From: Candidatus Woesebacteria bacterium GW2011_GWB1_33_38
GTDB lineage: Bacteria > Patescibacteriota > Microgenomatia > UBA8517
Assembly: GCA_000990005.1 (NCBI GenBank)
Contig: LBPF01000003.1
Coordinates: forward strand, 7,479 to 71,478
Direction: 5' to 3'
DNA length: 64,000 nt
The notes below the pieces were generated by a model. It was not told the DNA's origin. It saw only the letters and a program-made list of their open reading frames with translations, and did no database searches. Position 1 is the first letter of the stretch; each line of letters starts with the position of its first letter. Positions 1-9,578 of this stretch are shown piece by piece. The position numbers and the translations under genes are program-made.

Positions 1-1047
1 ATTTTGGCTACTCTTGAAACTAAATTTCCAAGACCGTTGGCAAGATCAGCGTTATAGACATCTCTCAACTTTTCTTCTGAAAAGTCCCCATCTGTAAAAG
101 GTTGAAATTTAGCTAAAAAGTAATAACGGAGACTATCTGCTCCGTATTTTTTGATTAAATCATTTGGATCGATGACATTTCCTAAAGTTTTACTCATTTT
201 TTGCCCATTAACTGTAAAATAACCATGGACAAACAAAGCTTTGGGAAGAGATAGTCCAGCGGACATTAAAAATGCTGGCCAGTAAACAGCATGAAATCTG
301 GTTATACCTTTACCAATTACATGCAAATCAGCCGGCCAATATTTTTTATATTTTTCCTCATCCCAGTCAAAACCAATTCCTGATTGATAGATGTTTAAAG
401 CATCAAACCAGACATAAATTTTTTGGGAATCATCATTGGGGACAGGAACACCCCAGTTTTTTGCCCTTTCGTTGGAACGGGAAATTGAAATGTCCTGAAG
501 TGGTTCTTTCAAAAAAGATAGAACTTCATTTTTTCGCTCAATGGGGTAGATTTTTAATTTGTCTTTACTTATTAAATCTATTAAATCCTTTTGATATTTT
601 GATAATTTAAAGAAATAATTTTTTTCCATTTTCGTTTAAATCTTCTGGAGAATAAAAAGCCTCACAACCAACACAATATAGCCCTTCGTATTCTTTTTGA
701 TAAATATCATCTTTACAAAGTTCCCAGAGTTTCTGTGAGGATTTAAAGTGTTTTTCTTGATCACTTCCCTTTTGCCAGATATCAAATTCGCAGTTTAAGT
801 TTTTGGTAAGTTCAACAAACAACTGATTATTTTTATCAACAAATTCTTGAACAGGTTCCTCAGCAGCCTCAGCAGCCTGAACATTTTTTAAAGCATTTTC
901 ATCTCCACCAGAAAGAAGAATAACATCTTCACCTAGCAACCTATGATATCTAGCAATAGTATCTCCCTGTACAAACTCAAGTGCATGCCCCACGTGTGGC
1001 CGACTGTTGGTATATGGGATTGCACAGGTAACATAAAACTTGGTCAT
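1..1047 (-). CDS. metG: methionyl-tRNA synthetase, 3' end runs off window; apparent frameshift in T7 run at 619-625
   Basis: N-terminal piece (607-1047) has the class I HIGH region PYTNSRPHVGHA and a CxxC zinc knuckle. A second frame downstream has FFKLSKYQ and KMSKTLGNV. The frames join within an A7/T7 homopolymer. Confidence 0.8.
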
Positions 1048-1066
1048 GAAGCAATTATACTAGTAT

Positions 1067-1408
1067 CTAGTGTCCGTTCGCTAGTTTCTTTACTCTCTCA
1101 CTCCAGACGTTGGCCCATTCCTCCGCTTCCATTTTTTTTAGAGCTAATTTAATGCCTGAAGTGTTTATTATATTTTTAACCTCAGTAATTGCTTTAGATG
1201 TTACTTTCAAATTAATTTTGATGTTTTCATAATCTCGACCTTTACTCAGCCAGTAGGCAATCGCTAGCCTTTTTGAGAAAATCTCAAGCTCTTTTGAAGT
1301 TAAAAAATCACTAAAAAATATTTCAAAGTTTTGTTTTGTTTTGATATCTTCAAGAGTTTGAAAAAATGTTTTAGTTATTTCTTTTTGTAAGCTTTGCATA
1401 AAATTCAA
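1067..1408 (-). CDS. TrpR-related YerC/YecD-like small HTH protein
   Basis: 113 aa; the segment LTSKELEIFSKRLAIAYWLSKGRDYENI...KVTSKAITEV resembles the YerC/TrpR family. Confidence 0.45.
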   Translation of the reverse strand: MNFMQSLQKEITKTFFQTLEDIKTKQNFEIFFSDFLTSKELEIFSKRLAIAYWLSKGRDYENIKINLKVTSKAITEVKNIINTSGIKLALKKMEAEEWANVWSERVKKLANGH

Positions 1409-1727
1409 TTATTACTCCTAGTCCCGCAAGAAGTAGGAAGTTTAAGATGTTACCAATTCCAAAGAGTCTAAACAAGCTAAATACGGTTAAGATTGTCGAA
1501 ACAATTAATCCTCTTCTGGAATTGCCCAAAACAAGTGCTGTAGTAAAAAAAAGTGTGGTAAAAAGATTAATAAAAAACAAAACAACAAATAACTGATTTT
1601 GTGGATCCGTGAAATATACCAAAAATCCCAAAGTTACCCACAAAAGAGTAGTAATGACTAGGGAAGGTAAAAAATTCTTACGCTTGAGCCTATTTACCCC
1701 CACACCAATTTTTCGTTTATTTTTCAT
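1371..1727 (-). CDS. hypothetical multi-pass membrane protein
   Basis: 118 aa, four predicted hydrophobic helices, no recognised motif. Confidence 0.35.
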   Translation of the reverse strand: MKNKRKIGVGVNRLKRKNFLPSLVITTLLWVTLGFLVYFTDPQNQLFVVLFFINLFTTLFFTTALVLGNSRRGLIVSTILTVFSLFRLFGIGNILNFLLLAGLGVIIEFYAKLTKRNN

Positions 1728-1981
1728 AATTCGATGCTTTTTTCAATTCTTTTTTTAAGTTGAGCTAAAGCTCTACTGCGTAATTTTAAGTTGTGCTCCC
1801 GATGTCTTGCGTCATATTCTGCAAAATAAGCTTCGTAGTAAACAAGTTTTAACGGTCTACGATATTTTGTCGAGAAAACTTTACCATTATTGTGTAACAA
1901 AAATCTAGCTTTAAGGTCCTTTGTCGAACCAATATACAATTTACTATCTTTTAAACTTTTTAAAATATAGGTGTAGAACAT
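1724..1981 (-). CDS. GIY-YIG domain nuclease family protein (UPF0213-like)
   Basis: YILKS..KLYIGSTKDLKARFLLHNNGK...RRPLKLVYYE matches the GIY-YIG core. Confidence 0.8.
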   Translation of the reverse strand: MFYTYILKSLKDSKLYIGSTKDLKARFLLHNNGKVFSTKYRRPLKLVYYEAYFAEYDARHREHNLKLRSRALAQLKKRIEKSIEL

Positions 1982-2011
1982 AATTGGTGTGGGGGTGTAT
2001 TATATCTTTGT

Positions 2012-2872
2012 ATGGATTTTGTTGTCATTACTCTAATTATAGTTCTAATTTTTTTGGTTGGAATGCTTATTTTAAAAAGCCAAAGATCTTCACCTGAACT
2101 TTTGGAATATTTGAAAACTACAAATACTAGAATTGATAGCCAAAGTAGTGCAATCGGGGATAGATTAGATAATGCCTCAAGAGTCGTAGCAGATTTACAA
2201 AAAAACATTGCAGAGTTTAACCAGTTTTTAGCCTCCCCAAAACTTAGGGGAAATATAGGAGAGCAGGTCTTAAAAGAACTTTTAAAACAATTTTTGCCTA
2301 ATGAATCTTTTAACCTTCAGTACACATTTAAATCAGGGGAAAAAGTCGACGCAGCGATTATGACTTCAGCAGGAATTATTCCAGTTGATTCAAAGTTTCC
2401 AATGGAAAACTTCAGAAGGATGCAAAATGACAAAGTTTATTTAAAAGCATTTGAATCAGATGTTAAGAAACATATTGAAGATATTTCAAGAAAGTATATT
2501 TTAACTGATGAAGGGACATTAGATTATGCCCTAATGTATATTCCATCTGAGGCTGTTTACTATGAAATAGTAAACAGTCAGTCTCTTTTTGATTATGCAC
2601 AGAGTAAAAGAATACTGCCTGTTTCTCCAACTACTTTTTATGCTTACATCAAGGCAATTTTAATGAGTTTTGAAGGGCAAAAGATAGAAAAGCAGGCTCA
2701 AGTTATTCTTGCCTCACTTCGCGCCATAAAGAAAGATTATGGCAAAGTTGAAGAAAATCTTTCCACACTCCAAAAACATTTGGTTAATGCTACAAATATG
2801 ATGAGCAATGTCTTTTCAAGTTTTACCAACCTTGGCAATAAAATCGACAACACACAACGACTTGACAAGTAA
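2012..2872 (+). CDS. rmuC: DNA recombination protein RmuC
   Basis: N-terminal TM and coiled coil; RmuC-like blocks GIIPVDSKFPMENF and ALMYIPSEAVYYE. Confidence 0.7.
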   Translation: MDFVVITLIIVLIFLVGMLILKSQRSSPELLEYLKTTNTRIDSQSSAIGDRLDNASRVVADLQKNIAEFNQFLASPKLRGNIGEQVLKELLKQFLPNESFNLQYTFKSGEKVDAAIMTSAGIIPVDSKFPMENFRRMQNDKVYLKAFESDVKKHIEDISRKYILTDEGTLDYALMYIPSEAVYYEIVNSQSLFDYAQSKRILPVSPTTFYAYIKAILMSFEGQKIEKQAQVILASLRAIKKDYGKVEENLSTLQKHLVNATNMMSNVFSSFTNLGNKIDNTQRLDK

Positions 2873-2899
2873 TACCTGTTTTGTTAGTATTACATCAAT

Positions 2900-3157
2900 A
2901 TGCAAGTATTACTACAAAATCAAGAGTCTTATGTTACACAAAAAGGTCAAATAACAATCCCGATGTATTTAAGAATTAAATTTGGTTTACAACAAGGGAG
3001 CCGTGTTTTTTTTGACGTGGAAAAAGACCATATTAAAATAAAACCTGCATCTAATTTGGCGTCAGTCTATGGTTCAGTTTCTCCACTTTTACGAAAGATG
3101 TCCCTGAAAGAAATGAAGAGAATAGCTCTAGAAGACAAACTAAATGCAATTCGTTGA
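2900..3157 (+). CDS. AbrB/SpoVT-type antitoxin (VapB-like)
   Basis: 85 aa; KGQITIPMYLRIKFGLQQGSRVFF swapped-hairpin motif; 14-nt overlap with the downstream PIN gene. Confidence 0.6.
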   Translation: MQVLLQNQESYVTQKGQITIPMYLRIKFGLQQGSRVFFDVEKDHIKIKPASNLASVYGSVSPLLRKMSLKEMKRIALEDKLNAIR

Positions 3158-3551
3158 TACAAACATATTTATTAGACTTTTGGCCAAAGACGATCCTGTT
3201 AAATCTGAAAAATGTTTTAGATTGTTTAAGAAAGCAGAAGATGGAGATCTAGAGTTACATACTACGGAATCAATAATTTCAGAAATTGTCTATGTTTTAC
3301 AATCAAAAAGATTATATAACTTGGATAGAGACTCAATTGGTAAGAAATTGTCAGTTGTATTAAAAATCAGAAGTTTAAAAATACCACATAAGTCGGTCAT
3401 TATTTCTGCTCTAAATTTATATTCTAAAAATAATATAGATTTTGAAGACGCTATTTTGATTTCCCACACTTTATATTCAAACTCAAAAGAGATATATTCG
3501 TATGATAGAAGCTTTACTAAAATTGAAGGTGTTAAAAGATTAGAACCATGA
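3144..3551 (+). CDS. vapC: PIN-domain toxin VapC
   Basis: FVDTNIFIRLL start, conserved acidic residues, FEDAIL motif. Confidence 0.75.
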   Translation: MQFVDTNIFIRLLAKDDPVKSEKCFRLFKKAEDGDLELHTTESIISEIVYVLQSKRLYNLDRDSIGKKLSVVLKIRSLKIPHKSVIISALNLYSKNNIDFEDAILISHTLYSNSKEIYSYDRSFTKIEGVKRLEP

Positions 3552-3832
3552 AAAACTGGAATACAGATACTACAAAATTTAAAACAAGACTTTCTAAAAA
3601 GATTTGGGAATTGTCTCAAAAAATAAATTATGGCTTGAATGGTAAAAAATTAAATTTAACTGATATCAAAGATAATTGGTTGTTATTAAAAAACGAGTTA
3701 GACCCCAATAGGGCAAGAATGATAAACAAGTTTGCCATTCTGGTAGAATACTTAATATGGGGAAAAATCTACTCACTCCAAAACAAAAACAAATTTTGGA
3801 ATTTATCTCCAAAGATAAAAATTTATGGATGA
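3548..3832 (+). CDS. hypothetical protein
   Basis: 94-aa ORF translationally coupled to its neighbours; no motif recognised. Confidence 0.3.
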   Translation: MKNWNTDTTKFKTRLSKKIWELSQKINYGLNGKKLNLTDIKDNWLLLKNELDPNRARMINKFAILVEYLIWGKIYSLQNKNKFWNLSPKIKIYG

Positions 3833-4160
3833 ACTTATTTTAGTTTACACAACTTGGGAAAATGCAGAACAGGCAAAAGAAGCGGGCAGAAAGTTACTTA
3901 AAACAAGAACATGCGCCTGTGTAAATGTTTTACCTCAACTTTATCCATTGTTTTGGTGGCCCCCAAAACAAAATATTATTGATGAATCTAGTGAAGTGGT
4001 AATGATAATTAAGACATTAAAATCAAAATTTGAAAATTTGGAGAAAGAAATATATAAAATTCATCCGTATGAAGTTCCGTGTATTATTGCAATTCCAACA
4101 TACAAAGTTAATAAAGGTTATTATGATTGGATAAAAGGGGAAATAAATCAACAATCATGA
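3825..4160 (+). CDS. cutA: divalent-cation tolerance protein CutA
   Basis: VYTTWENAEQAKEAGRKLLKTRTCACVNV...HPYEVPCIIAIP...YYDWI matches CutA1. Confidence 0.75.
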   Translation: MDELILVYTTWENAEQAKEAGRKLLKTRTCACVNVLPQLYPLFWWPPKQNIIDESSEVVMIIKTLKSKFENLEKEIYKIHPYEVPCIIAIPTYKVNKGYYDWIKGEINQQS

Positions 4161-4555
4161 TACATATTAAATATAGATTAAAAAATTCGAAGATCCATGG
4201 AGTTGGTTTGTTTGCTAATGAAAATATAAAAAAAGGTAGTTTAGTTTACTCAACCAGTCCACTTTTGGATGTGAATATATCTAAAGATAAATTTAAATCA
4301 CTGGACGATAAAGAAAAACAAGAAATTAGATGGTGGGGATTTTGGGACGCGCCAAATAATGTCTGGCATGTTGATTTTGATGTTTCAAAATTTATTAATC
4401 ACTCATTCAATGGAAATTTAACACAGGACAAAAACAATAAAGATGCTTATCTTGCGACTTCGCGAAATATAAAACTAGGAGAAGAGTTAACTCAAAATTA
4501 TTTAGAATTTGAAAGCATGGAGGATTTAAAAAAACGAGGGATAAAAATAAAATAG
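4157..4555 (+). CDS. SET-domain protein
   Basis: IHGVGLFANENIKKGSLV, INHSFNGN and IKLGEELTQNY match SET-domain motifs. ATG at 4157 avoids overlap with cutA; the ORF track starts at a TTG at 4127. Confidence 0.6.
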   Translation: MIHIKYRLKNSKIHGVGLFANENIKKGSLVYSTSPLLDVNISKDKFKSLDDKEKQEIRWWGFWDAPNNVWHVDFDVSKFINHSFNGNLTQDKNNKDAYLATSRNIKLGEELTQNYLEFESMEDLKKRGIKIK

Positions 4556-5292
4556 TGAATTTAAAAGATCTTCAAAAGGAAACTAAGAAACTGGCAAATC
4601 CTAAAAAGGCAAAAAGCTACCAGTGGTTTTTTAAGACAGGGAAGGGTGAATATGGAGAGGGAGATGAGTTTTACGGCATTACTGTCCCAGAATCTAGAAA
4701 AGTTGCCAAAAAATATAAAGACCTAAGTTTTAGTGAACTTCAAATTTTAATTAAATCAAGGATTCATGAAGAAAGATTGATTGCACTTTTAATTTTAGCT
4801 TATCAGTATCAAAAAGGAGATGATAAATTAAAACAAAAAATCTTCGATTTTTATCTAAAAAACACAAAATATATAAATAACTGGGATTTGGTGGATTTAT
4901 CTGCACATAAAATAGTGGGCGATTATCTGTTCTTACAGGGTCGGAACCTGAAAGAGAAGATAGCAGAGGTTCCGACCCTCTTAACGCGTTTAGCAAAATC
5001 AAAAAATCTTTGGGAAAGAAGAATTGCCATGATTTCTACATTTGCCTTTATTGGTAATGGTTCTTCAAAAGAAACTATTAAAATTGCAGAAATTTTAGTT
5101 AATGACTCCCATGACTTAATTCACAAGGCTGTCGGTTGGGCGCTTCGTGAGGTAGGAAAAAGAGTATCTATGAAAGATGAAATAAAATTTCTTGATAAAC
5201 ACGCATCTACTATGCCGAGAACGGCTTTAAGATATGCAATTGAGAGATTTGAGCCTAATTTAAGAAAGATGTACTTGACAAAAAAGAAATAA
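4555..5292 (+). CDS. DNA alkylation repair enzyme (AlkC/AlkD-like HEAT-repeat glycosylase)
   Basis: YQWFFKTGKGEYGEGDEFYGITVPESRKVAKKY N-terminal signature; helical-repeat composition. Confidence 0.7.
   Translation: MNLKDLQKETKKLANPKKAKSYQWFFKTGKGEYGEGDEFYGITVPESRKVAKKYKDLSFSELQILIKSRIHEERLIALLILAYQYQKGDDKLKQKIFDFYLKNTKYINNWDLVDLSAHKIVGDYLFLQGRNLKEKIAEVPTLLTRLAKSKNLWERRIAMISTFAFIGNGSSKETIKIAEILVNDSHDLIHKAVGWALREVGKRVSMKDEIKFLDKHASTMPRTALRYAIERFEPNLRKMYLTKKK
4937..4979. repeat. GC-rich inverted repeat, 13-bp perfect arms AGGGTCGGAACCT/AGGTTCCGACCCT with 17-nt spacer, in-frame inside the AlkD-like gene
   Basis: Read directly; local GC content far above the surrounding sequence. Confidence 0.8.
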
Positions 5293-5313
5293 TGTATATT
5301 ATAGAAATATACA
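5293..5313. promoter_or_regulatory. inverted repeat TGTATAT-N7-ATATACA just upstream of brnT (putative TA operator)
   Basis: Perfect 7-bp arms 7 nt before the BrnT start codon. Confidence 0.4.
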
Positions 5314-5319
5314 GATGGA

Positions 5320-5616
5320 ATGGATGATTTATTTAAGACCAGCCTTGAATTTGAATGGGATAGAGGAAATGGAGAAAAGAATTGGAATTTACATAAAGTA
5401 AAAAACAAAGAAGCTGAAGAAATATTTAAAGATTTAATAGCTATCATATCTTTAGATACAAAACATTTAAAAGTAGAATTGAGATGGTTGTTATTAGGTA
5501 AAACAAAATCAAATCGAAAACTAACAGTTGCTTTTACAAAAAGAAATGCAAAAATTCGAGTAATTTCAGCAAGAGATATGAATAAAAAAGAAAGAAAGTT
5601 ATATGAAAATCAATAA
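5320..5616 (+). CDS. brnT: BrnT toxin (DUF497 ribonuclease)
   Basis: FEWDRGNGEKNWNLHKV...IRVISARDMNKKERKLY matches the BrnT family. Confidence 0.75.
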   Translation: MDDLFKTSLEFEWDRGNGEKNWNLHKVKNKEAEEIFKDLIAIISLDTKHLKVELRWLLLGKTKSNRKLTVAFTKRNAKIRVISARDMNKKERKLYENQ

Positions 5617-5899
5617 AATATTACCAATACCAAAATTTAAGAACGAGGATGATGAAAGAAATTTTTGGGCAAAAGCTGATACTTCTAAGTATTTTGATTA
5701 TTCAAAATTTAGAAGAGCTAGATTCCCAAATCTGAAGTTTTCAACGGAAACAATTTCCTTGCGTGTACCAGCGGGGATGTTGGATGATGTAAAAATACAA
5801 GCCAACAAAATAGATGTGCCATACCAATCACTTCTTAAGATTTATATAAGTGGTGCCTTAGAAGCTGACAAAAAGAATAAATTTGCTTTTGCTTCGTGA
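5603..5899 (+). CDS. brnA: BrnA antitoxin
   Basis: Overlaps brnT; ERNFWAKADTSKY...ISLRVPAGMLDDVK...DVPYQSLLKIYI matches BrnA/CopG-like. Confidence 0.6.
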   Translation: MKINKILPIPKFKNEDDERNFWAKADTSKYFDYSKFRRARFPNLKFSTETISLRVPAGMLDDVKIQANKIDVPYQSLLKIYISGALEADKKNKFAFAS

Positions 5900-5912
5900 T
5901 ACAATCTGAAGT

Positions 5913-8726
5913 GTGAAAGATACTCCAAAAAAATTAAACAAGGAACAGTTGCGGGCGGTAAAACATGGCAAAGGCCCGCTTTTAATAATTGCTGGGGCAG
6001 GGACTGGGAAAACTACTGTAATAACCGAAAGAATTAAGTATTTAATTACAAAAGGACGAGCTTTGCCTGAAGAAATCTTGGCCTTAACATTTACTGAAAA
6101 AGCAGCAGCTGAAATGGAGGAGAGGGTGGATATGGCAATGCCCTTGGGTTATGGGGAAATGTGGATTTCTACCTTTCATGCATTTTGTGATCGGGTTCTT
6201 CGCGATAATGCAATTCACATTGGTTTGCCCCCTAATTTTAAATTGATGACAACTGCCGAAAATATTGACCTAATAAAGAAAAACTTATTTAACTTTAATC
6301 TTGATTATTTTAGACCACTGGGAAATCCTAACAAGTTTATTGAAGGAATGTTACAGCATTTTAGTAGACTTCAGGATGAGGTAATAACAGCAGAAGAATA
6401 TTTAAAATATTCAAAAAATTATACAAATGAAGAAATACTAGAGATAACAAAAATTAAAGAACTGGTAAACGCATATAAAGCATATGAGGATCTAAAAATA
6501 AAAGAGAGCAAGTTTGACTTTGGAGATTTGATTACAAAAACTTTAAAATTATTTAAGAAACGCCCTAACATTTTAAAAATTTATCAGGAAAAATTTAAAT
6601 ATATTTTAGTGGATGAATTTCAGGACACCAACTATGGACAAAACGAATTGATTAATTTACTTGCTCGAAAGTATAAAAATATCTCAGTCGTTGGGGACGA
6701 TAACCAATCAATCTATAAATTTAGGGGAGCTGCTATAAGTAATATCATTCAATTCAAAAAGACTTATCCTAAAGCTAAAATCATCAGCTTGAATCAGAAC
6801 TATAGATCAACTCAAACAATTCTTGATTCAGCTTACAGATTAATTAAACATAATGATCCAGATACATTAGAATATCAGTTGGGAATATCTAAAAAACTTA
6901 TGGCAGTGAATAGTAAACAGTTAACAGGTATAAAGTTAATTCATACCAAAACTGGGCAGGAAGAAGCAGAAGAAGCTACTGAAGAAGTTATTAAACTCGT
7001 AACCCATAACTCGACACTATATCACTATAGTGATATTGCAATTTTGGTCAGGGCTAATAACCATGCAGATGTATTTATAAGAGAATTTGAAAGACAAGGT
7101 ATTCCGCATCAGTTTTTAGGATTAAGTAAACTTTTTGAAAAAGAAGAAATAATTGATCTAATTTCTTACCTTAAAGTTCTATATAACCCTGAAGATTCGG
7201 CCAGTTTGTATAGACTATTATCTTCTGAGGTTCTAAATATATCAAGCATGGAGCTAGTAAAATTAAATAGTTTGGCCAAAAGGAAAAGTTTGTCACTTTT
7301 TGAAGTACTTGCGGAAATTAAGAACGAAAAAATAGTCAATTTACTTAAAGTTATTGACAAACATCTAAAGTCAATTAATAAACTATCAGCAGGACAGATT
7401 TTATACGATTATATAAATGAAGTAGGCATTTATCAAAAAATTTTGGATAACAGCGAGGATGTCAAAGCAAAAAATATTGCCAAGTTTTTTGAAAAGATAA
7501 AATCATTTGAGGAATCAGCCAAAAACGCAAGTGTTTTTGCATTGGTTGATTACATTGATTTACTAACAGAAGTGGGCGAGTCTCCAAGTGTTACCGATGT
7601 CGATTGGCAGGAAAATAATGCTATTAATATTTTGACGGTTCATAGTTCAAAAGGTTTGGAATTCCCCGTCGTATTTTTAGTCAATCTGGTAAGTGAACGG
7701 TTTCCATCAAGAGAACGACGCGAACAGATTCCAATACCTGATTATTTGATTAAAGAAACGCTGCCTTCTGGAGATTTTCATTTGCAAGAAGAAAGAAGAC
7801 TTTTTTATGTTGGCATGACCAGAGCAAAAGAAAGATTATATTTTACTGCAAGTGATTACTACAATGATGGTAAAAGACAAAAGAAAATATCGCCATTTGT
7901 CACTGAGGCCCTTGGTGAAATAACCAATAACCAAATTCCAATTATCAAACAATTTCAAATCACTAATTTACAAAATTCAAAACACAAGTCACCAATCACT
8001 AGTCACCAGCCATTAAAGATTAATTATTTATCTGTAAGCCAAATCGAAACTTTTAAATCCTGTCCAATGCACTACAAATTAAAATATATTTATAAACTCC
8101 CTACTCCACCATCTGCCTCAATCTCATTTGGTGTATCAATTCATAATACTTTAAAAGATTATTTCGGGACGAAGAAAGATATTCTTGGAATATATAAAAA
8201 TAATTTTATTACTGAGGGTTATATTAATAAAAAACATAAACAAGAATTTTACAAAAAAGGAGAAATTTACTTATTAGGATTTTTGAAAAATTCTTATGAT
8301 CCGAAAATTAAAACAGTTTCTCTTGAGCAAAAATTTACGATTCTAATCGACAAAACTTTAAAGATTGGGGGAGTTATTGATAGGGTAGATGATTTAGAAA
8401 AAGGGCTATATGAAGTAATTGACTACAAAACAGGAGCTAATATTCCGACGCAAAAAGAAGTTGATAAAGACATGCAGTTATCTTTTTATTGCTTGGCAGT
8501 TTCAAATTTATACAAAGTAAAACCTGAAGATATTAAACTCTCACTTTACTATTTAGATACTCAGGAAAAAATAACAACAACAAGAACAGCGAAGCAGTTA
8601 GAAACTTTGAAAAAAGAAATTTTAGAAATAAAAAAAGAAATTGAAGAAAGTGATTTCAAATGTAACAATAGTTTTTTCTGTCAGGGAAAATGTGAATACT
8701 CAATGTTTTGTAGAAATGAAAAGTAA
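5913..8726 (+). CDS. UvrD/PcrA-family helicase fused to a C-terminal PD-(D/E)XK (RecB-like) nuclease domain
   Basis: Walker A GAGTGKTT; UvrD motifs DEFQDTN, VGDDNQSIYKFRGA, QNYRST, VHSSKGLEF; C-terminal IDRVDD...EVIDYKTG...QLSFY nuclease core plus a Cys cluster. Confidence 0.8.
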   Translation: MKDTPKKLNKEQLRAVKHGKGPLLIIAGAGTGKTTVITERIKYLITKGRALPEEILALTFTEKAAAEMEERVDMAMPLGYGEMWISTFHAFCDRVLRDNAIHIGLPPNFKLMTTAENIDLIKKNLFNFNLDYFRPLGNPNKFIEGMLQHFSRLQDEVITAEEYLKYSKNYTNEEILEITKIKELVNAYKAYEDLKIKESKFDFGDLITKTLKLFKKRPNILKIYQEKFKYILVDEFQDTNYGQNELINLLARKYKNISVVGDDNQSIYKFRGAAISNIIQFKKTYPKAKIISLNQNYRSTQTILDSAYRLIKHNDPDTLEYQLGISKKLMAVNSKQLTGIKLIHTKTGQEEAEEATEEVIKLVTHNSTLYHYSDIAILVRANNHADVFIREFERQGIPHQFLGLSKLFEKEEIIDLISYLKVLYNPEDSASLYRLLSSEVLNISSMELVKLNSLAKRKSLSLFEVLAEIKNEKIVNLLKVIDKHLKSINKLSAGQILYDYINEVGIYQKILDNSEDVKAKNIAKFFEKIKSFEESAKNASVFALVDYIDLLTEVGESPSVTDVDWQENNAINILTVHSSKGLEFPVVFLVNLVSERFPSRERREQIPIPDYLIKETLPSGDFHLQEERRLFYVGMTRAKERLYFTASDYYNDGKRQKKISPFVTEALGEITNNQIPIIKQFQITNLQNSKHKSPITSHQPLKINYLSVSQIETFKSCPMHYKLKYIYKLPTPPSASISFGVSIHNTLKDYFGTKKDILGIYKNNFITEGYINKKHKQEFYKKGEIYLLGFLKNSYDPKIKTVSLEQKFTILIDKTLKIGGVIDRVDDLEKGLYEVIDYKTGANIPTQKEVDKDMQLSFYCLAVSNLYKVKPEDIKLSLYYLDTQEKITTTRTAKQLETLKKEILEIKKEIEESDFKCNNSFFCQGKCEYSMFCRNEK

Positions 8727-8731
8727 TTTAT

Positions 8732-8992
8732 TTAAAATCCCATGATTACCAATCCATATTTATTAATATCTTTTTTAGTCCAAAACTTTTGATCTTTTGA
8801 ATTTAATACAAAAGAAATTTTTTTCTCAATTTTTCTCCCTGTGTAGCTTTTATCGACTGGATCATATTCGCGTAATACTAAAATATCTCCTTTTTTAACA
8901 TTAAAATCAGCAATTCTAGCATCAAATGTTTTTTCTCCAGAAAGGATTTTATTGAATAATTCAGGCCATGTCTTTTTCTCAATCCTTTCCAT
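8732..8992 (-). CDS. ASCH/DUF3850-like domain protein
   Basis: GEKTFDAR...KKGDILVLRE matches the ASCH GxKxxExR...GDxLxLxE pattern. Confidence 0.45.
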   Translation of the reverse strand: MERIEKKTWPELFNKILSGEKTFDARIADFNVKKGDILVLREYDPVDKSYTGRKIEKKISFVLNSKDQKFWTKKDINKYGLVIMGF

Positions 8993-9029
8993 AAATTAAT
9001 TATACACTTTTACAAATGACCATGATATA

Positions 9030-9046
9030 GGTCTTGACAAAAGACC
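9030..9046. promoter_or_regulatory. palindrome GGTCTT-gacaa-AAGACC overlapping a TTGACA -35; promoter/operator of the phd-relE pair
   Basis: TTGACA at 9034-9039, TATCAT at 9056-9061, ATG at 9068 (predicted leaderless transcript). Confidence 0.4.
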
Positions 9047-9067
9047 TGTTTATAGTATCATGTAAAC

Positions 9068-9307
9068 ATGACTACGATATCTATAACTAATTTGAAAATG
9101 AATCCTGCTCTAGCCATCGCAAGTGCGCAAGATTTTCCCGTCGCTATTCAAAACAGGAATGATACTGAAGCCTATTTAATAGGTAAGGGATTATTTGAAA
9201 AAATGATTCTTTATCTTGAGGATATTGAGGATAAAAAGACAATTAAGAACATTAATATGTCTGACAAAAGGAACTTCGAAGATTTTGCATCAGAACTTGG
9301 GTTATGA
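9068..9307 (+). CDS. Phd/YefM-family antitoxin
   Basis: 79 aa, YefM-like N-terminus, 4-nt overlap with the RelE gene. Confidence 0.55.
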   Translation: MTTISITNLKMNPALAIASAQDFPVAIQNRNDTEAYLIGKGLFEKMILYLEDIEDKKTIKNINMSDKRNFEDFASELGL

Positions 9308-9561
9308 GGCTAACTATAACATCACATGCTGAAAAGCAAATCAAGAAGCTTCCTAAAAGCATACAAATAATTATTACTTCTAAAATTAGAAATTTAATAA
9401 ATAGTTCATTTGAGGATTTAGAAAAACTATCAGGATATAAAAATTATTATAAAGCTAGGACAGGAACTTATAGAATAATTTTTGTTAAATTTACAAATGA
9501 GGTAGAAATAATTTTAGTGGCTCACAGAAAAGAGGTTTACAACTTGTTGGCCAGGCTTTGA
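9304..9561 (+). CDS. RelE/ParE-family toxin
   Basis: KARTGTYRIIFVKFTNEVEIILVAHRKEVY matches RelE/ParE. Confidence 0.7.
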   Translation: MRLTITSHAEKQIKKLPKSIQIIITSKIRNLINSSFEDLEKLSGYKNYYKARTGTYRIIFVKFTNEVEIILVAHRKEVYNLLARL

Positions 9562-9578
9562 TCCGATATAGTTAATTA

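Noticed and set aside
272-610. 112-aa plus-strand ORF
   Set aside because: It lies antisense to the clearly recognisable metG C-terminal frame (KMSKTLGNV) and is spurious.
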